A DNA stretch of 64,000 bases from Bacteroidales bacterium (GCA_017554305.1 JAFZIN010000017.1:1919-65918), one strand, 5' to 3'. Shown: positions 53,424-63,173, counted from the stretch's first letter. The notes: a model not told the origin generated them from the letters alone. Numbers and translations: made by a program.

Positions 53424-54203
53424 ATGGAAGATGTAAAGGGCAAAGCCAAGATTCTTGTTGTAGATGATGAGGAGGATATCTGTGAAATCCTCCAGTATAA
53501 TTTGGAGAAAGCCGGCTATCTGGTTAAAAGTGTGATGAGTGCGGAGGATGCACTCTCCGTTATATCAGATGAAAAATTTGATCTTCTGATGCTGGACATT
53601 ATGTTGGGAGGAATTAGCGGATTAAGGTTGGCTCAGCTTCTTAGAGAGGATTACAAGAGTACCATTCCAATTATCTTTGTTACCGCTCTGGATACGGAAA
53701 CTGATATCCTTAAGGGCTTTAAGACAGGCGGAGATGATTATATCTCCAAGCCTTTCTCCGTTAACGAGGTGGTTGCCAGAGTGGGTGCCGTACTTGCAAG
53801 GTGCGGAATCCGCAAAGAGATGCCTACATCTTCTACCTCCTGGAACCGTTCTGCAGAGAGCGGTGCGGTTACTGCCGCTCCGGTTAAGGATAACAAGAAA
53901 GAGGAGCCTAACGAGTATGACTTTGGAGTTCTCTACATAAACCCTGCAGATAAGCGTGTTATGGTGGAAGGAGAGGAGGTATTCCTCACCAAGAAGGAGA
54001 TGGAGATTCTTTTGCTTCTGGCCCGCAGTGCAGGTCATGTTTTCTCCAGAGAAGAGATACTGCGCCTGGTTTGGAAAGATGACGGCTACGTTCTGCAAAG
54101 AACTGTAGATGTTCATATTGCAAGACTCCGTAAGAAACTTGGCAAGGCTGGAGATCTCATTCTCAACCGCTCCGGTTACGGCTACTCTCTTGTAACCAAA
54201 TAG
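53424..54203 (+). CDS. OmpR/PhoB-family response regulator
   Basis: Start set at [19 protein letters not shown] (ATG 53424). REC domain ([11 protein letters not shown], ..KPF) and wHTH ([13 protein letters not shown]). The inter-domain linker is unusually long, ~40 aa. Confidence 0.9.
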   Translation: MEDVKGKAKILVVDDEEDICEILQYNLEKAGYLVKSVMSAEDALSVISDEKFDLLMLDIMLGGISGLRLAQLLREDYKSTIPIIFVTALDTETDILKGFKTGGDDYISKPFSVNEVVARVGAVLARCGIRKEMPTSSTSWNRSAESGAVTAAPVKDNKKEEPNEYDFGVLYINPADKRVMVEGEEVFLTKKEMEILLLLARSAGHVFSREEILRLVWKDDGYVLQRTVDVHIARLRKKLGKAGDLILNRSGYGYSLVTK

Positions 54204-54207
54204 AGAT

Positions 54208-55641
54208 TTGATGAAACAACTCGCTCTCAAATACAGATACCGTCTGCAGATCTATCTGTTTGTTCTGCTGGCACTTGCCGCGCTCTTCTTTGTACTTTTT
54301 TTAACGCGTCAGAGCAAGGGTTACAGCGTCTCTTCACTTCAGAGTGAATTGAAGGCTGCAATTGGAACGGTGGAGGAGCAGTTGAAAATGGCTGATAATC
54401 AGAGTAATCTTGAGAATATTGTTCTACCGGACAAGATAAACTTCACACTGGCAGATACTTTGGGTAATGTCTATTATGACTCCAAGCAGAAAGAGATATC
54501 CGTGCCGGACAACATTCTGATTTTTGCAGAGGTTGTAAATGCCTCACAGGCAGGAGAGGGGAGTGCTATGAGATCATCTATCGGGGAGGAAGATGAAGAA
54601 AATCTTTATTATGCAAAGAAGACAGATAACGGTTTTATAAGAACATACGTAAAGTTCCGTACGGCAAAGCCGGCCCAGTTGGAGAAAGATAATGTTTATC
54701 TGTTTATGATATCCATTCTGCTGGTGGCGCTAATTGGCTCATTTATATATATTTCCGGAAGGCTATCTAAACCTGTTAAGACCTACAGCCAACTGGTGAG
54801 CGCCATTAGAGATGATGAGAGTAAACTTAGCAATATAGAGTTTGGACATGACGAATTCGGCAATGTGGGAAGAGAGATTGCAGATACTTTCCAGCAACTG
54901 GAGAGGGCAAAGAAGTACAAGCAGCAGATGAGCCACAACATTGCTCACGAACTCAAGACTCCGCTTACGGGAATCAAGGCCTATCTGGAGACTATTATGC
55001 AGTCTGAGGATATGCCTGAAGATCAGATACGTAAGTTTGTTGGGAAGGCCTATACCCAGACGCTCCGTCTTACAGATTTGGTGAGCGAGGTTTCCACTCT
55101 GAACAAGCTTGACGAATCTTCTGAACTTAAGAAGGGAGATGAGAGCGTTTATCAGATTGAGGAGGTGAACATTAAGAAACTTCTGCAGGAAATCATTGGG
55201 GAGATTGGTTACAAGTTGGAGAAGAACAACGTTAAATTCTCTCCAAGAATTAGCAGCCAGCTTAAGATAAACGGAAGTTATACGCTTATTTACTCCCTGT
55301 TCAAGAACCTGATAGACAATTCAATAGAGCACGGCGGAAAAGATATTGAAATTACCCTTGTTGCGGGAATTGACCAGGTTTCCGGAGAGGGCGGATACAA
55401 GATAAACTTCACCTATACAGATACCGGACAGGGCGTTCCGCCTGAGGCTCTGGAGAGAATCTTTGAGAGATTCTACAGAGTGGAAGAGGGGAGAACAAGA
55501 AAGACCGGTGGTTCCGGTCTTGGTCTTGCTATTGTGAAGAATGCGGTTGCATTCCATAAAGGTACTATCAAAGCCTCTCTGCGTCCGGGCGGAGGAATTA
55601 TCTTTAAGTTCTCTCTATCTTCCTTGCCTAAAGAGAGTTAG
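54208..55641 (+). CDS. Sensor histidine kinase
   Basis: Two TM helices, H-box SHNIAHELKTPLT, N-box DNSIEHG, G1 DTGQGVP, G2 GGSGLGLAIV. Confidence 0.9.
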   Translation: MMKQLALKYRYRLQIYLFVLLALAALFFVLFLTRQSKGYSVSSLQSELKAAIGTVEEQLKMADNQSNLENIVLPDKINFTLADTLGNVYYDSKQKEISVPDNILIFAEVVNASQAGEGSAMRSSIGEEDEENLYYAKKTDNGFIRTYVKFRTAKPAQLEKDNVYLFMISILLVALIGSFIYISGRLSKPVKTYSQLVSAIRDDESKLSNIEFGHDEFGNVGREIADTFQQLERAKKYKQQMSHNIAHELKTPLTGIKAYLETIMQSEDMPEDQIRKFVGKAYTQTLRLTDLVSEVSTLNKLDESSELKKGDESVYQIEEVNIKKLLQEIIGEIGYKLEKNNVKFSPRISSQLKINGSYTLIYSLFKNLIDNSIEHGGKDIEITLVAGIDQVSGEGGYKINFTYTDTGQGVPPEALERIFERFYRVEEGRTRKTGGSGLGLAIVKNAVAFHKGTIKASLRPGGGIIFKFSLSSLPKES

Positions 55642-56459
55642 AACCAGATATCTATTCTGCCAACCTCTTCTCCCTTGGCTCCGTCCTGAACAACTACAAC
55701 CTTCTTTCCGGTTTTGCTGCTCACTATTGCAGGCTCTGTTATGAAGGTGTGGCTGTGTCCTCCAATAATGATGTCTACTCCCTCAGTGTTGGCTGCAATG
55801 AGTTGGTCATCCGGCTTCTGTTCACGCCCTCCCTTAAAACCGCAGTGGGTGAGGAGGATAACAAGGTCACACTTCTCATCCTTGCGCAGTTTGCGGGCCA
55901 GTTTGTTTACAATTTTGTAAGGGTGGCTGTACTTGATATCTCCTGTTCTCTTGGGATTTACAAGCCCCTGAAGATTTATGCAGAGTCCTATTACGCCAAT
56001 TCTCTTTTCTCCTCTTTCAATTACGGTGTATGGTTTAATTATCTCTTTCAGAGGGTTTTTTGAGACGTCATAGTTTGCATTGACTACGGGGAATTCCGCC
56101 TTGGAGAGTTTCTGGGCAAGAGCATCCACTCCGTTGTCAAATTCGTGGTTGCCAAAGCAGGCTGCATCTACTCCCAGTGCGTTCATTAGTTCTATCTCCA
56201 CATCTCCCTTAAAGAGAGAGAAATACGGAGTTCCCTGGAAGAAGTCTCCGGCATCAAGAAGTATGACGTAAGGGTTCTCCTCTCTTATCTGATTTATATA
56301 CTTTTCTCTTCTTACAATTCCGCCCAGACCTTTCCATTCTCCGGAGGAGATAGGTTCTATCTGGCTGTGGGTATCATTGGTGTGAAGTATCACAAGATCC
56401 TGAGCGTAAGAGGCTAAGCAGAAGAGCGCCATTGCCGCTGTAAGTAAAACTTTTTTCAT
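55638..56459 (-). CDS. 5'-nucleotidase/metallophosphatase, N-terminal catalytic half (secreted)
   Basis: Signal peptide. Motifs HTNDTHS, DAGDFFQG, GNHEFD, GGHSH. Confidence 0.85.
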   Translation of the reverse strand: MKKVLLTAAMALFCLASYAQDLVILHTNDTHSQIEPISSGEWKGLGGIVRREKYINQIREENPYVILLDAGDFFQGTPYFSLFKGDVEIELMNALGVDAACFGNHEFDNGVDALAQKLSKAEFPVVNANYDVSKNPLKEIIKPYTVIERGEKRIGVIGLCINLQGLVNPKRTGDIKYSHPYKIVNKLARKLRKDEKCDLVILLTHCGFKGGREQKPDDQLIAANTEGVDIIIGGHSHTFITEPAIVSSKTGKKVVVVQDGAKGEEVGRIDIWF

Positions 56460-56460
56460 A

Positions 56461-57300
56461 CTACTTCCTCCTGTTTACTACTTTGCAACGCTCGTCAACA
56501 AAGGCTTCTATGTTGGCGCCTCTTGCTGTAAGTCCTTCAATATAAGAGATGAAGAGATCCATCAGTTTAACCTCTGTTCTTATTACCCAGTCTGCCTCCT
56601 TCATTACGTAAAGGTTGTCTCCTCCGTCTACCAGAAAATCTATGGTTGCAATTACATAGTTCTTGTCATCCTCTATAGGTTTTCCGTTTACGGTGCACTC
56701 CTTAACTCTGTAACCATCTACAACCAATCTCACTCCGGCGCTCATTGCCTGCGGATAGGTTCTGCAGAAGAACTCTATGAGTTCCTTGAGTTTACGGCCG
56801 TTTAACTGTACGTAGGTGAGGTAGTTGTCAAAGGGAAAGATGGAGAGTATGTCATACTTGGAGACGTTGCCTTTTGGCATCTCTGTTCGCATTCCGCCAA
56901 AGTTCATAAGGGAGAAATCTACCTTTAAACTATCGGGGAACTTAATAATCCTGCTGGTATCTGCAAAGTTGCGGGCATACTCCAAAAAGGCATCGGTTGC
57001 CCAGCAGGACATTGGGCCGCAAGGGGATTTTCTCTCCAATCCGGTGGGACAGAAGCCAATAGGCTCATTGAATTTATCTACCTCCGGTTTGTACTTTGCC
57101 AGCACCTCCAGGGTTTTGAGTTTCTCACCCGGAGCGGGGTTGTATGTGGAATCCATACGCACCGTTGTCCAGGTGATTAAACTTATGGAGTGGTTGGATA
57201 GTTCAGAGGAGGTATAGGCAGACTTCTCTACTCTCTGCGCACTCAACTCCGTAAAGGAGAGCGGCAGGGCAAGAAGCAATACCGTTAAAACTCTTCTCAT
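56461..57300 (-). CDS. 5'-nucleotidase C-terminal (substrate-binding) domain protein (secreted)
   Basis: Start set at MRRVLTVLLLALPL, giving it its own signal peptide. NFGGMRTEMPKGNV..DILSIFPFDN matches the 5_nucleotid_C pattern. Confidence 0.75.
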   Translation of the reverse strand: MRRVLTVLLLALPLSFTELSAQRVEKSAYTSSELSNHSISLITWTTVRMDSTYNPAPGEKLKTLEVLAKYKPEVDKFNEPIGFCPTGLERKSPCGPMSCWATDAFLEYARNFADTSRIIKFPDSLKVDFSLMNFGGMRTEMPKGNVSKYDILSIFPFDNYLTYVQLNGRKLKELIEFFCRTYPQAMSAGVRLVVDGYRVKECTVNGKPIEDDKNYVIATIDFLVDGGDNLYVMKEADWVIRTEVKLMDLFISYIEGLTARGANIEAFVDERCKVVNRRK

Positions 57301-57302
57301 AC

Positions 57303-58682
57303 TTAGTCTTTGAATTTCAGCCACTTAAAGATGTCTTTCCAGCCGGCCTTCTTTCCGTATGAGAGTATTCCTATTCTGTAAATCTTACTGCTTACCCATC
57401 CCATAAAGAGGAAGGTTCCAAATAACAGAGCCAGTGAGAGGAAGTACTGCCACATTGGGACTCCGTAGGCGAATCGGGCCACCATAACCATCGGTGAAGT
57501 AAAAGGTATTATTGAACCCCAGACTGCTATGGTAGAGTGCGGATTCTGGAAGGCGCTCAGCATAATGAAGAGGCCTATGATCAGAGGAATTGTTATTGGC
57601 AGCATAAGTGACTGAGTATCTGCCTGGTTGTCTACACAGGCTCCAACCGCCGCAAACATGCTGGCATAGAGCAGATAACCCAGTATGAAGTAGAGCAGGA
57701 AGGTTACAACTATTCCTATAATGTTCATACTCTTGAGGGTGTTGAGTACCGGTCCTATTACGCTCATAGGAGAGGAGTCTTCACCGTTATCCGGCGCAAT
57801 CTCATCCATTGCTACGGCTGCGGCATCACCGCCCATTCCCATTGTAACGTTCTGAACCTGAGCGGCGTTATCCATTACCTTGCTGCCTCCGGTGGCCAGA
57901 GTTACTCCGGTTACAATGAGGAAGGTAAGAACAATCCACGCTGCAAACTGGGTGAGGGCAACAAGGGCAATTCCCACAATCTTGCCAATCATCAGCTGCA
58001 TAGGCTTAACGGATGATACAATCACCTCAATAATTCTGTTGTTCTTCTCCTCAATTACACCCTGCATAACCATTCCGCCAAACATAAAGATGAACATATA
58101 GATTAGGAAGCTGGAGATGTAACCTATTACCATATAGGCTCCTACCTCGGTCTGCTTCTCTTCCTCCTCGTTCTCTTTTACCTGGAATGTCTTAACGCTG
58201 GATTTGTTCTCCATATTTTTGAGCACATCGTCCAGGTTAGGAATGTCATACGATGTAAGTTTGTTTGCAGAGAGAATATCGTTTACCTCACCCTGAATCT
58301 GATTCTTAAGGGAGAGGTTAACCTGCTCGTTAGCATAGATGGAAATTTCTGCGTTGTTCAATGAATCAAGCGGAGAAATTTTAAGCAGTCCGTAATAGGC
58401 GTCACTCTTTGCCAGATCTTTTCTAACATCCTCAGCAGTAGCGGGATCTATAACTGTGTAGTTAACCGTTTTGCTGTTTTCCAACTTCTCTGCAACAACT
58501 CCGCTCTCATCAGATACTGCAATGTTGTAGGTCTTGTTGTCTGATGAGAACATTGCAATAAGCATAGGCACTACAATCATCATTGCCAACAGGAACGGCA
58601 CCAAAAAAGTACTTATGATGAAGGACTTTTTCTTTACTCTTGTTGAGTATTCTCTAGATATGATAATTCCAATCTTGCTCAT
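57303..58682 (-). CDS. ABC-2-type transporter permease (NatB-like)
   Basis: Start set at MSKIGIIISREY, directly after the ATPase stop. One TM helix, a large extracytoplasmic loop and five C-terminal TM helices. Confidence 0.8.
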   Translation of the reverse strand: MSKIGIIISREYSTRVKKKSFIISTFLVPFLLAMMIVVPMLIAMFSSDNKTYNIAVSDESGVVAEKLENSKTVNYTVIDPATAEDVRKDLAKSDAYYGLLKISPLDSLNNAEISIYANEQVNLSLKNQIQGEVNDILSANKLTSYDIPNLDDVLKNMENKSSVKTFQVKENEEEEKQTEVGAYMVIGYISSFLIYMFIFMFGGMVMQGVIEEKNNRIIEVIVSSVKPMQLMIGKIVGIALVALTQFAAWIVLTFLIVTGVTLATGGSKVMDNAAQVQNVTMGMGGDAAAVAMDEIAPDNGEDSSPMSVIGPVLNTLKSMNIIGIVVTFLLYFILGYLLYASMFAAVGACVDNQADTQSLMLPITIPLIIGLFIMLSAFQNPHSTIAVWGSIIPFTSPMVMVARFAYGVPMWQYFLSLALLFGTFLFMGWVSSKIYRIGILSYGKKAGWKDIFKWLKFKD

Positions 58683-58683
58683 C

Positions 58684-59676
58684 TTACTTTCCTCCATGTG
58701 CTTTTCTGTAATCATCTATGCTCTGGGAAGTTGCGCCTCCGCTCTCTCCCACCAGCTTAATAAATATCTCACTCATCTTAGGCATCAGTTTCTGGTATGA
58801 ATCCAGGTTTACCTGCTTAATGAGAGCGCTCATAACATCATTATGAGTTACACCGGGAGCAAGTTCCAAAACGGAGCGGAACTCATCCTTAACTTTCTCT
58901 GTTGAGAGGACGGTGAAGAGACCTTCTACGTCTTTAGGTGCCTGGTTTTCAGCCTCTGCGACAGCTTCACCTACAGCACCGGAGAAGAGAATCTCCACGC
59001 GGTTGTGGCCGTACTCGCTGCGAATCTTGTCTACGCTTCCGGAGATAACCAGCTTGGCCTTGTTAATGAGTGCAATCTCATCACAGAGTTCCTCAACAGA
59101 CTCCATATTGTGAGTTGAGAGGATGATGGAGCAGCCCTCATCTTTCATTCTAAGTATCTCGTCCTTAATGAGATTCACGTTTATTGGGTCAAAGCCGGAG
59201 AACGGCTCGTCCAGTATGAGAAGTTTTGGATTGTGGAGTACGGTTGTGATGAACTGAATCTTCTGAGCCATACCTTTGGAGAGCTCTTCAACCTTGCGGT
59301 TCCACCACGGTTGTATTCCAAACTTCTGAAACCATTTCATCAGTTCACGGGTAGCCTCGCCTTTTGAGAGTCCCTTAAGCATAGCAAGGTATACGGCCTG
59401 CTCGCCCACCTTCATCTTTTTGTACAGACCTCTCTCTTCCGGGAGGTAACCAATCTTCTCAATATCACTGAGTCTCAGCTCTTTGCCATTGAACAGCACC
59501 TGCCCCTCAGTAGGGAGGGTAATGCGGTTGATAATCCTAATCAGAGTGGTTTTGCCCGCTCCGTTAGGACCCAAAAAGCCAAAGATCTTGCCCTCAGGGA
59601 TATCAAGGTTGATGTTGTCAAGAGCGGTAAAATTGCCGAACTTCTTAACCACATTAGTGCAAGTGATAAGTCCCAT
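58684..59676 (-). CDS. ABC transporter ATP-binding protein (NatA-like)
   Basis: Walker A GPNGAGKTT, signature LSKGMAQK, Walker B LILDEPFSGFD, plus a C-terminal accessory domain. Confidence 0.9.
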   Translation of the reverse strand: MGLITCTNVVKKFGNFTALDNINLDIPEGKIFGFLGPNGAGKTTLIRIINRITLPTEGQVLFNGKELRLSDIEKIGYLPEERGLYKKMKVGEQAVYLAMLKGLSKGEATRELMKWFQKFGIQPWWNRKVEELSKGMAQKIQFITTVLHNPKLLILDEPFSGFDPINVNLIKDEILRMKDEGCSIILSTHNMESVEELCDEIALINKAKLVISGSVDKIRSEYGHNRVEILFSGAVGEAVAEAENQAPKDVEGLFTVLSTEKVKDEFRSVLELAPGVTHNDVMSALIKQVNLDSYQKLMPKMSEIFIKLVGESGGATSQSIDDYRKAHGGK

Positions 59677-59715
59677 ATTTCTTCAATTTTTTTTCCGGTC
59701 CCAAAGGTAATAATT

Positions 59716-61050
59716 TTATGGTTCTATTACGTATGGTTTGAGCTTCTCGGCGGCCTCCGGGGAGAGGATGTTGTTCTTCACGAGGTTGGATAGGGTGCAG
59801 CTGTCTTTGCCCATTGCCTCAGCAAAGAGCGCTATCCCCCGTGCATTGTAAGCCCCTATGTAGGGGTGCCGGGCAAGGAACCTTTTATCTGCCTCAGTTA
59901 GTTTGAATCTTTTTATTCCCGATGGATGAACAAATACCTGCCCCTTTATCCTTTCAAACTTCTCTTCATCCATTCCTTTGATTTCCAGCAGTTGATGGGT
60001 GCTTGCAAAACTTCCAAGCCGCTCCCTTAACTCCAAAATCTTCTTACAGAAGTAGGGCCCAATTCCCTTTACCTCAATAAGCGCCGCACTGTCTGCCTCA
60101 TTCAGATCTACCTGCACGCCCCAACTCTCCTGATACCCACTCTTTTGCCCAGCTGGCCTTCTTTGCCTAGCCTGCCTTGCCAGCCCATCTTGCGCCTGGC
60201 CGGTTTGCCTTGTTAGTGCGGTTTGATAATTTTTTCCTCCTGCCATCTGATTTTCATTGGATGAATCGGAGTTAAAGATGTTTTTTGTATTTTCTTTTCC
60301 GATAGAGTTAGCATTAGTAAATCTATTGGAATTCAGGCCATTGGAATTATTGTATTGCTTGTCCTGCCCTGTTGAAAATTGTTTGGATTGTGGGGGTGGG
60401 ATGTTGATATTGGTGTTGTTGTTGGTGGTGGTGGCGTGGGCAGTAGTGGGGAGGGTGATGTAGGGGTAGAGGCGCTCGTACATCTCTGGGCTGACGGTGT
60501 AGATTTTGGCAAGGTCTTCCTTGCGGCGGAAGCGGCCGCCCTTCTCTCTGTAACGGAGTATTGTCTGCGCCTGCTTTACACTGAATCCCAGCAGTGTAAG
60601 GGAATCTAATGATACCGTGTTAGGATTAAACGGAAACAGCTGAGCGCTTTCTTTTCCCCGCCCGCTGCCGTACTTTCCATTGCTATTGTACTTCCCATTG
60701 CGGTTGTACTTGCCGTTGTTGTTGTACCTGCTGTAATTGCTTGAGTTACTGCTGTAACCATTACCATAACGATTATTGCCATAACCACGGGTGTTATAGT
60801 TGTTAGGGTAGGGGTTATTGCCAGAAGCCGACGAGGTGTTGTTGGCGCTGGCGGCTGGAGCGTCCTGCCCACGGGAGCACTTGTGGATGGTGAAGGTAAC
60901 TGCCTGAAATGCAAGCAGAAGAAACATCATCCCTATGATGCCTCTTGCCAGTGTTGGATTGATTTCAGATTCTTTACTCTTTGAACTTTTTTCTGAAGGA
61001 AGCCTTGTTATCTTCTCTTTCTCCTCTTTCGTTTTCCAAATCTTTCTCAT
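59716..61050 (-). CDS. ComEA-like protein with two helix-hairpin-helix modules and N/G/Y-rich low-complexity spacers
   Basis: TM anchor IIGMMFLLLAFQAV. HhH modules LDSLTLLGFSVKQAQTILRYREKGGRF and LNEADSAALIEVKGIGPYFCKKILELRERLGSF. The start is uncertain (61050 overlaps rsmI by 77 nt; the alternative ATG is 60930). Confidence 0.7.
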   Translation of the reverse strand: MRKIWKTKEEKEKITRLPSEKSSKSKESEINPTLARGIIGMMFLLLAFQAVTFTIHKCSRGQDAPAASANNTSSASGNNPYPNNYNTRGYGNNRYGNGYSSNSSNYSRYNNNGKYNRNGKYNSNGKYGSGRGKESAQLFPFNPNTVSLDSLTLLGFSVKQAQTILRYREKGGRFRRKEDLAKIYTVSPEMYERLYPYITLPTTAHATTTNNNTNINIPPPQSKQFSTGQDKQYNNSNGLNSNRFTNANSIGKENTKNIFNSDSSNENQMAGGKNYQTALTRQTGQAQDGLARQARQRRPAGQKSGYQESWGVQVDLNEADSAALIEVKGIGPYFCKKILELRERLGSFASTHQLLEIKGMDEEKFERIKGQVFVHPSGIKRFKLTEADKRFLARHPYIGAYNARGIALFAEAMGKDSCTLSNLVKNNILSPEAAEKLKPYVIEP

Positions 61051-61732
61051 AATCTTTCTCTCTCCCCCCTATGATGACAACAATTTCTCCTTTTGGCTCA
61101 TTCTCCGAATACCACTCAATGAGCTCTTTTAGAGTGCCTCTTTTGCACTCGTAATGAATTTTGCTAATTTCCCTGCAGACAGCAGCTTCCCTATCCTGCC
61201 CCGCAAACTCAGCAAGCGCGGCAAGCATCTTTACAAGTCTGTAAGGAGACTCGTAAATGATTGTGGTTACGGGATTTTCTGCAACTGCTTTAAGTCTTGT
61301 CTGCCTTCCTTTCTTTTGCGGAAGGAAGCCCTCAAAGCAGAATCTGTCTGACGGCAGGCCTGAAACGGTAAGTGCAGGAACAAAGGCCGTGGCGCCAGGA
61401 AGTGCCTCAACCTCAATACCTTTCTCTATGCACTCTCTGGTGAGCAGGAACCCCGGGTCAGATATTCCCGGAGAGCCGGCATCTGTAATGAGAGCCGCAT
61501 TTTCTCCCTTAAGAATTCTATCACAGATGGAGTCTGCCTTTTTGTGTTCGTTGAACTTGTGGTAGCTCTCCATGTGAGTGGATATCTCATAACGCTTTAG
61601 CAGTAAGCTGCTTGTGCGTGTGTCCTCTGCATAGATGATATCTACGCTCTTGAGCATCTCAATTGCTCTCAGCGTAATATCTCCAAGATTTCCTACGGGA
61701 GTTGGTATCAGATATAATTTGCCTGCAGCCAT
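60974..61732 (-). CDS. rsmI: 16S rRNA (cytidine1402-2'-O)-methyltransferase
   Basis: LYLIPTPVGNLGDITLRAIEML..IIYAEDTR..DAGSPGISDPG tetrapyrrole-methylase-fold RsmI pattern. Confidence 0.9.
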   Translation of the reverse strand: MAAGKLYLIPTPVGNLGDITLRAIEMLKSVDIIYAEDTRTSSLLLKRYEISTHMESYHKFNEHKKADSICDRILKGENAALITDAGSPGISDPGFLLTRECIEKGIEVEALPGATAFVPALTVSGLPSDRFCFEGFLPQKKGRQTRLKAVAENPVTTIIYESPYRLVKMLAALAEFAGQDREAAVCREISKIHYECKRGTLKELIEWYSENEPKGEIVVIIGGREKDYEKDLENERGEREDNKASFRKKFKE

Positions 61733-61740
61733 AAAGTCTT

Positions 61741-62415
61741 CTATTTACGGAATTTACGGCGGACGTGCATATAGAACCTGTAAACGGTATCACTCTCTTC
61801 ATCCCAATTAGGGTGAGTCTGCCTCATATAACTTACAATGGTCTTAAAGTTTGGAAGCTGGTCTATATGCTGCATATCTCTCTCAAATTCAACGGAATTG
61901 GAATTGAAAAGCTCTCTTATAAACTCCAGGCGGTCATTGATGCCCATGCTCCCAACCAGATCCTCTACATACTCAGCCGGGTAGTCATACTCCCAGTCAT
62001 ACCAATCTCTCTTCTTCTCCTCAACGGGTTCTCCAACCTCCTCATCTCCAGTCTCTTCAATAGCAGGCTCCTCTCCGTCAGCATCCTCTTCAACTTCTTC
62101 TTCCGGCTCATCCTCAACCTCATCCTCCTCCGGTCCTTCATCTTCCTCCTCAGGCTCCTCCTCTTCAGGCTCCGCAGCAGCCTCTTCCTCCTCATACTGC
62201 AGTTCCTCCGCAGCAGCTTCTTCCTTCTCAAACTCCTCTTCATCTATCGGGAACTCAACAAGGTCTTGCTCTGCGCTGTCATCCTCAAGCTGTGCAAGGT
62301 GAGGGGCGGCAGGGAAGCTCTTTTCCTCAAGGGCATCCAGGCGGCTCAGGATTAAATCTACCTTCTCAGAGAGTTCTGTGAGCTTATTTGCAATCTCGTT
62401 TAGCTTCTCTTCCAT
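61741..62415 (-). CDS. Hypothetical protein with a long poly-acidic (E/D) central tract
   Basis: 224 aa. Coiled N-terminus, ~90 aa of almost pure E/D/A/P, then a conserved-looking C-terminus ([16 protein letters not shown]...[11 protein letters not shown]). Confidence 0.6.
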   Translation of the reverse strand: MEEKLNEIANKLTELSEKVDLILSRLDALEEKSFPAAPHLAQLEDDSAEQDLVEFPIDEEEFEKEEAAAEELQYEEEEAAAEPEEEEPEEEDEGPEEDEVEDEPEEEVEEDADGEEPAIEETGDEEVGEPVEEKKRDWYDWEYDYPAEYVEDLVGSMGINDRLEFIRELFNSNSVEFERDMQHIDQLPNFKTIVSYMRQTHPNWDEESDTVYRFYMHVRRKFRK

Positions 62416-62423
62416 ATTTTTAT

Positions 62424-62431
62424 TAAATTTG
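62424..62431 (+). promoter_or_regulatory. Bacteroidetes -7 promoter box TAaaTTTG
   Basis: TAnnTTTG match 24 nt upstream of ATG 62455. Confidence 0.45.
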
Positions 62432-62454
62432 TCTACTGTACAAAAATAGCAAAA

Positions 62455-63054
62455 ATGTTTCTGGAAAGTGCAAAACAGTCTGGTTGGCTAGAAGTTATCT
62501 GCGGTTCTATGTTCTCCGGTAAGACGGAAGAACTCATCAGGCGTCTGAAAAGGGCAAATTTTGCCCATCAGAGGGTGCAGATTTTTAAGCCTGCCCTGGA
62601 TGTGCGCTATTCTGAAACCGATGTTGTATCTCACGACAGTAACTCAATCCAATCTATTGCGGTAGACTCTTCTCAGAACATTTTGCTCTATGCAACTGAT
62701 GTAGATGTTGTTGGAATTGATGAGGTGCAGTTCTTTGACGATGGAATTGTAGAGGTCTGCAATATCTTGGCAGATAGGGGAGTAAGAGTTATCTGCGCAG
62801 GACTGGATATGGATTATCTGGCAAAGCCGTTCGGTCCTATGCCGGCGCTTCTGGCAAGAGCAGAGCACGTTACAAAGGTTCATGCAATCTGCGTAAGGTG
62901 CGGCCAGCCGGCTCAGCACTCTCACCGTCTGCCAACAGTATCGGGAGCAGGAAAGGATGAGCAGGTTCTGCTGGGTGAGATGGATAAGTACGAGCCGCTC
63001 TGCCGTCACTGCTTCAATAAAGCCTTAAAAGAAGAGGGCAAAACCCCTGTTTAA
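62455..63054 (+). CDS. tdk: Thymidine kinase
   Basis: P-loop [23 protein letters not shown], and zinc ribbon CVRCG...CRHC. Confidence 0.95.
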   Translation: MFLESAKQSGWLEVICGSMFSGKTEELIRRLKRANFAHQRVQIFKPALDVRYSETDVVSHDSNSIQSIAVDSSQNILLYATDVDVVGIDEVQFFDDGIVEVCNILADRGVRVICAGLDMDYLAKPFGPMPALLARAEHVTKVHAICVRCGQPAQHSHRLPTVSGAGKDEQVLLGEMDKYEPLCRHCFNKALKEEGKTPV

Positions 63055-63120
63055 AAAGGCACGTCAGTGCCCTGTGCTGGAAGCACAGTAATACCCCTTT
63101 AGGGGTGCCGAAGGCGGGGT

Positions 63121-63173
63121 TTAAAAGAAAAGATTAAATAAATAGGATAATCATTGATTATCCTATTTATTTA
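63121..63173 (-). terminator. Rho-independent terminator of the minus-strand permease gene
   Basis: 17-bp perfect inverted repeat taaataaataggataat / attatcctatttattta (63135..63151 and 63157..63173) with a 5-nt loop. On the minus strand it is followed by atcttttctttt. The stop codon lies inside the stem. Confidence 0.6.

Noticed and set aside
55638-57324. Split 5'-nucleotidase as a frameshifted pseudogene
   Set aside because: Both halves are complete ORFs, each with its own start and its own signal peptide, separated by 1 nt. This two-gene arrangement looks functional rather than decayed.
61765-62355. 196-aa plus-strand ORF rich in L/F/S/R
   Set aside because: It is the mirror image of the GAA/GAG-rich acidic tract of the minus-strand gene, an artefact of low complexity.
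63041-63122. tRNA-like cloverleaf (a 7-bp closing helix with three internal hairpins)
   Set aside because: Loop sizes (4-5 nt) are wrong for D, anticodon and T arms. There is no GTTCRA T-loop and no 7-nt anticodon loop on either strand. The 5' arm lies inside the tdk coding sequence.
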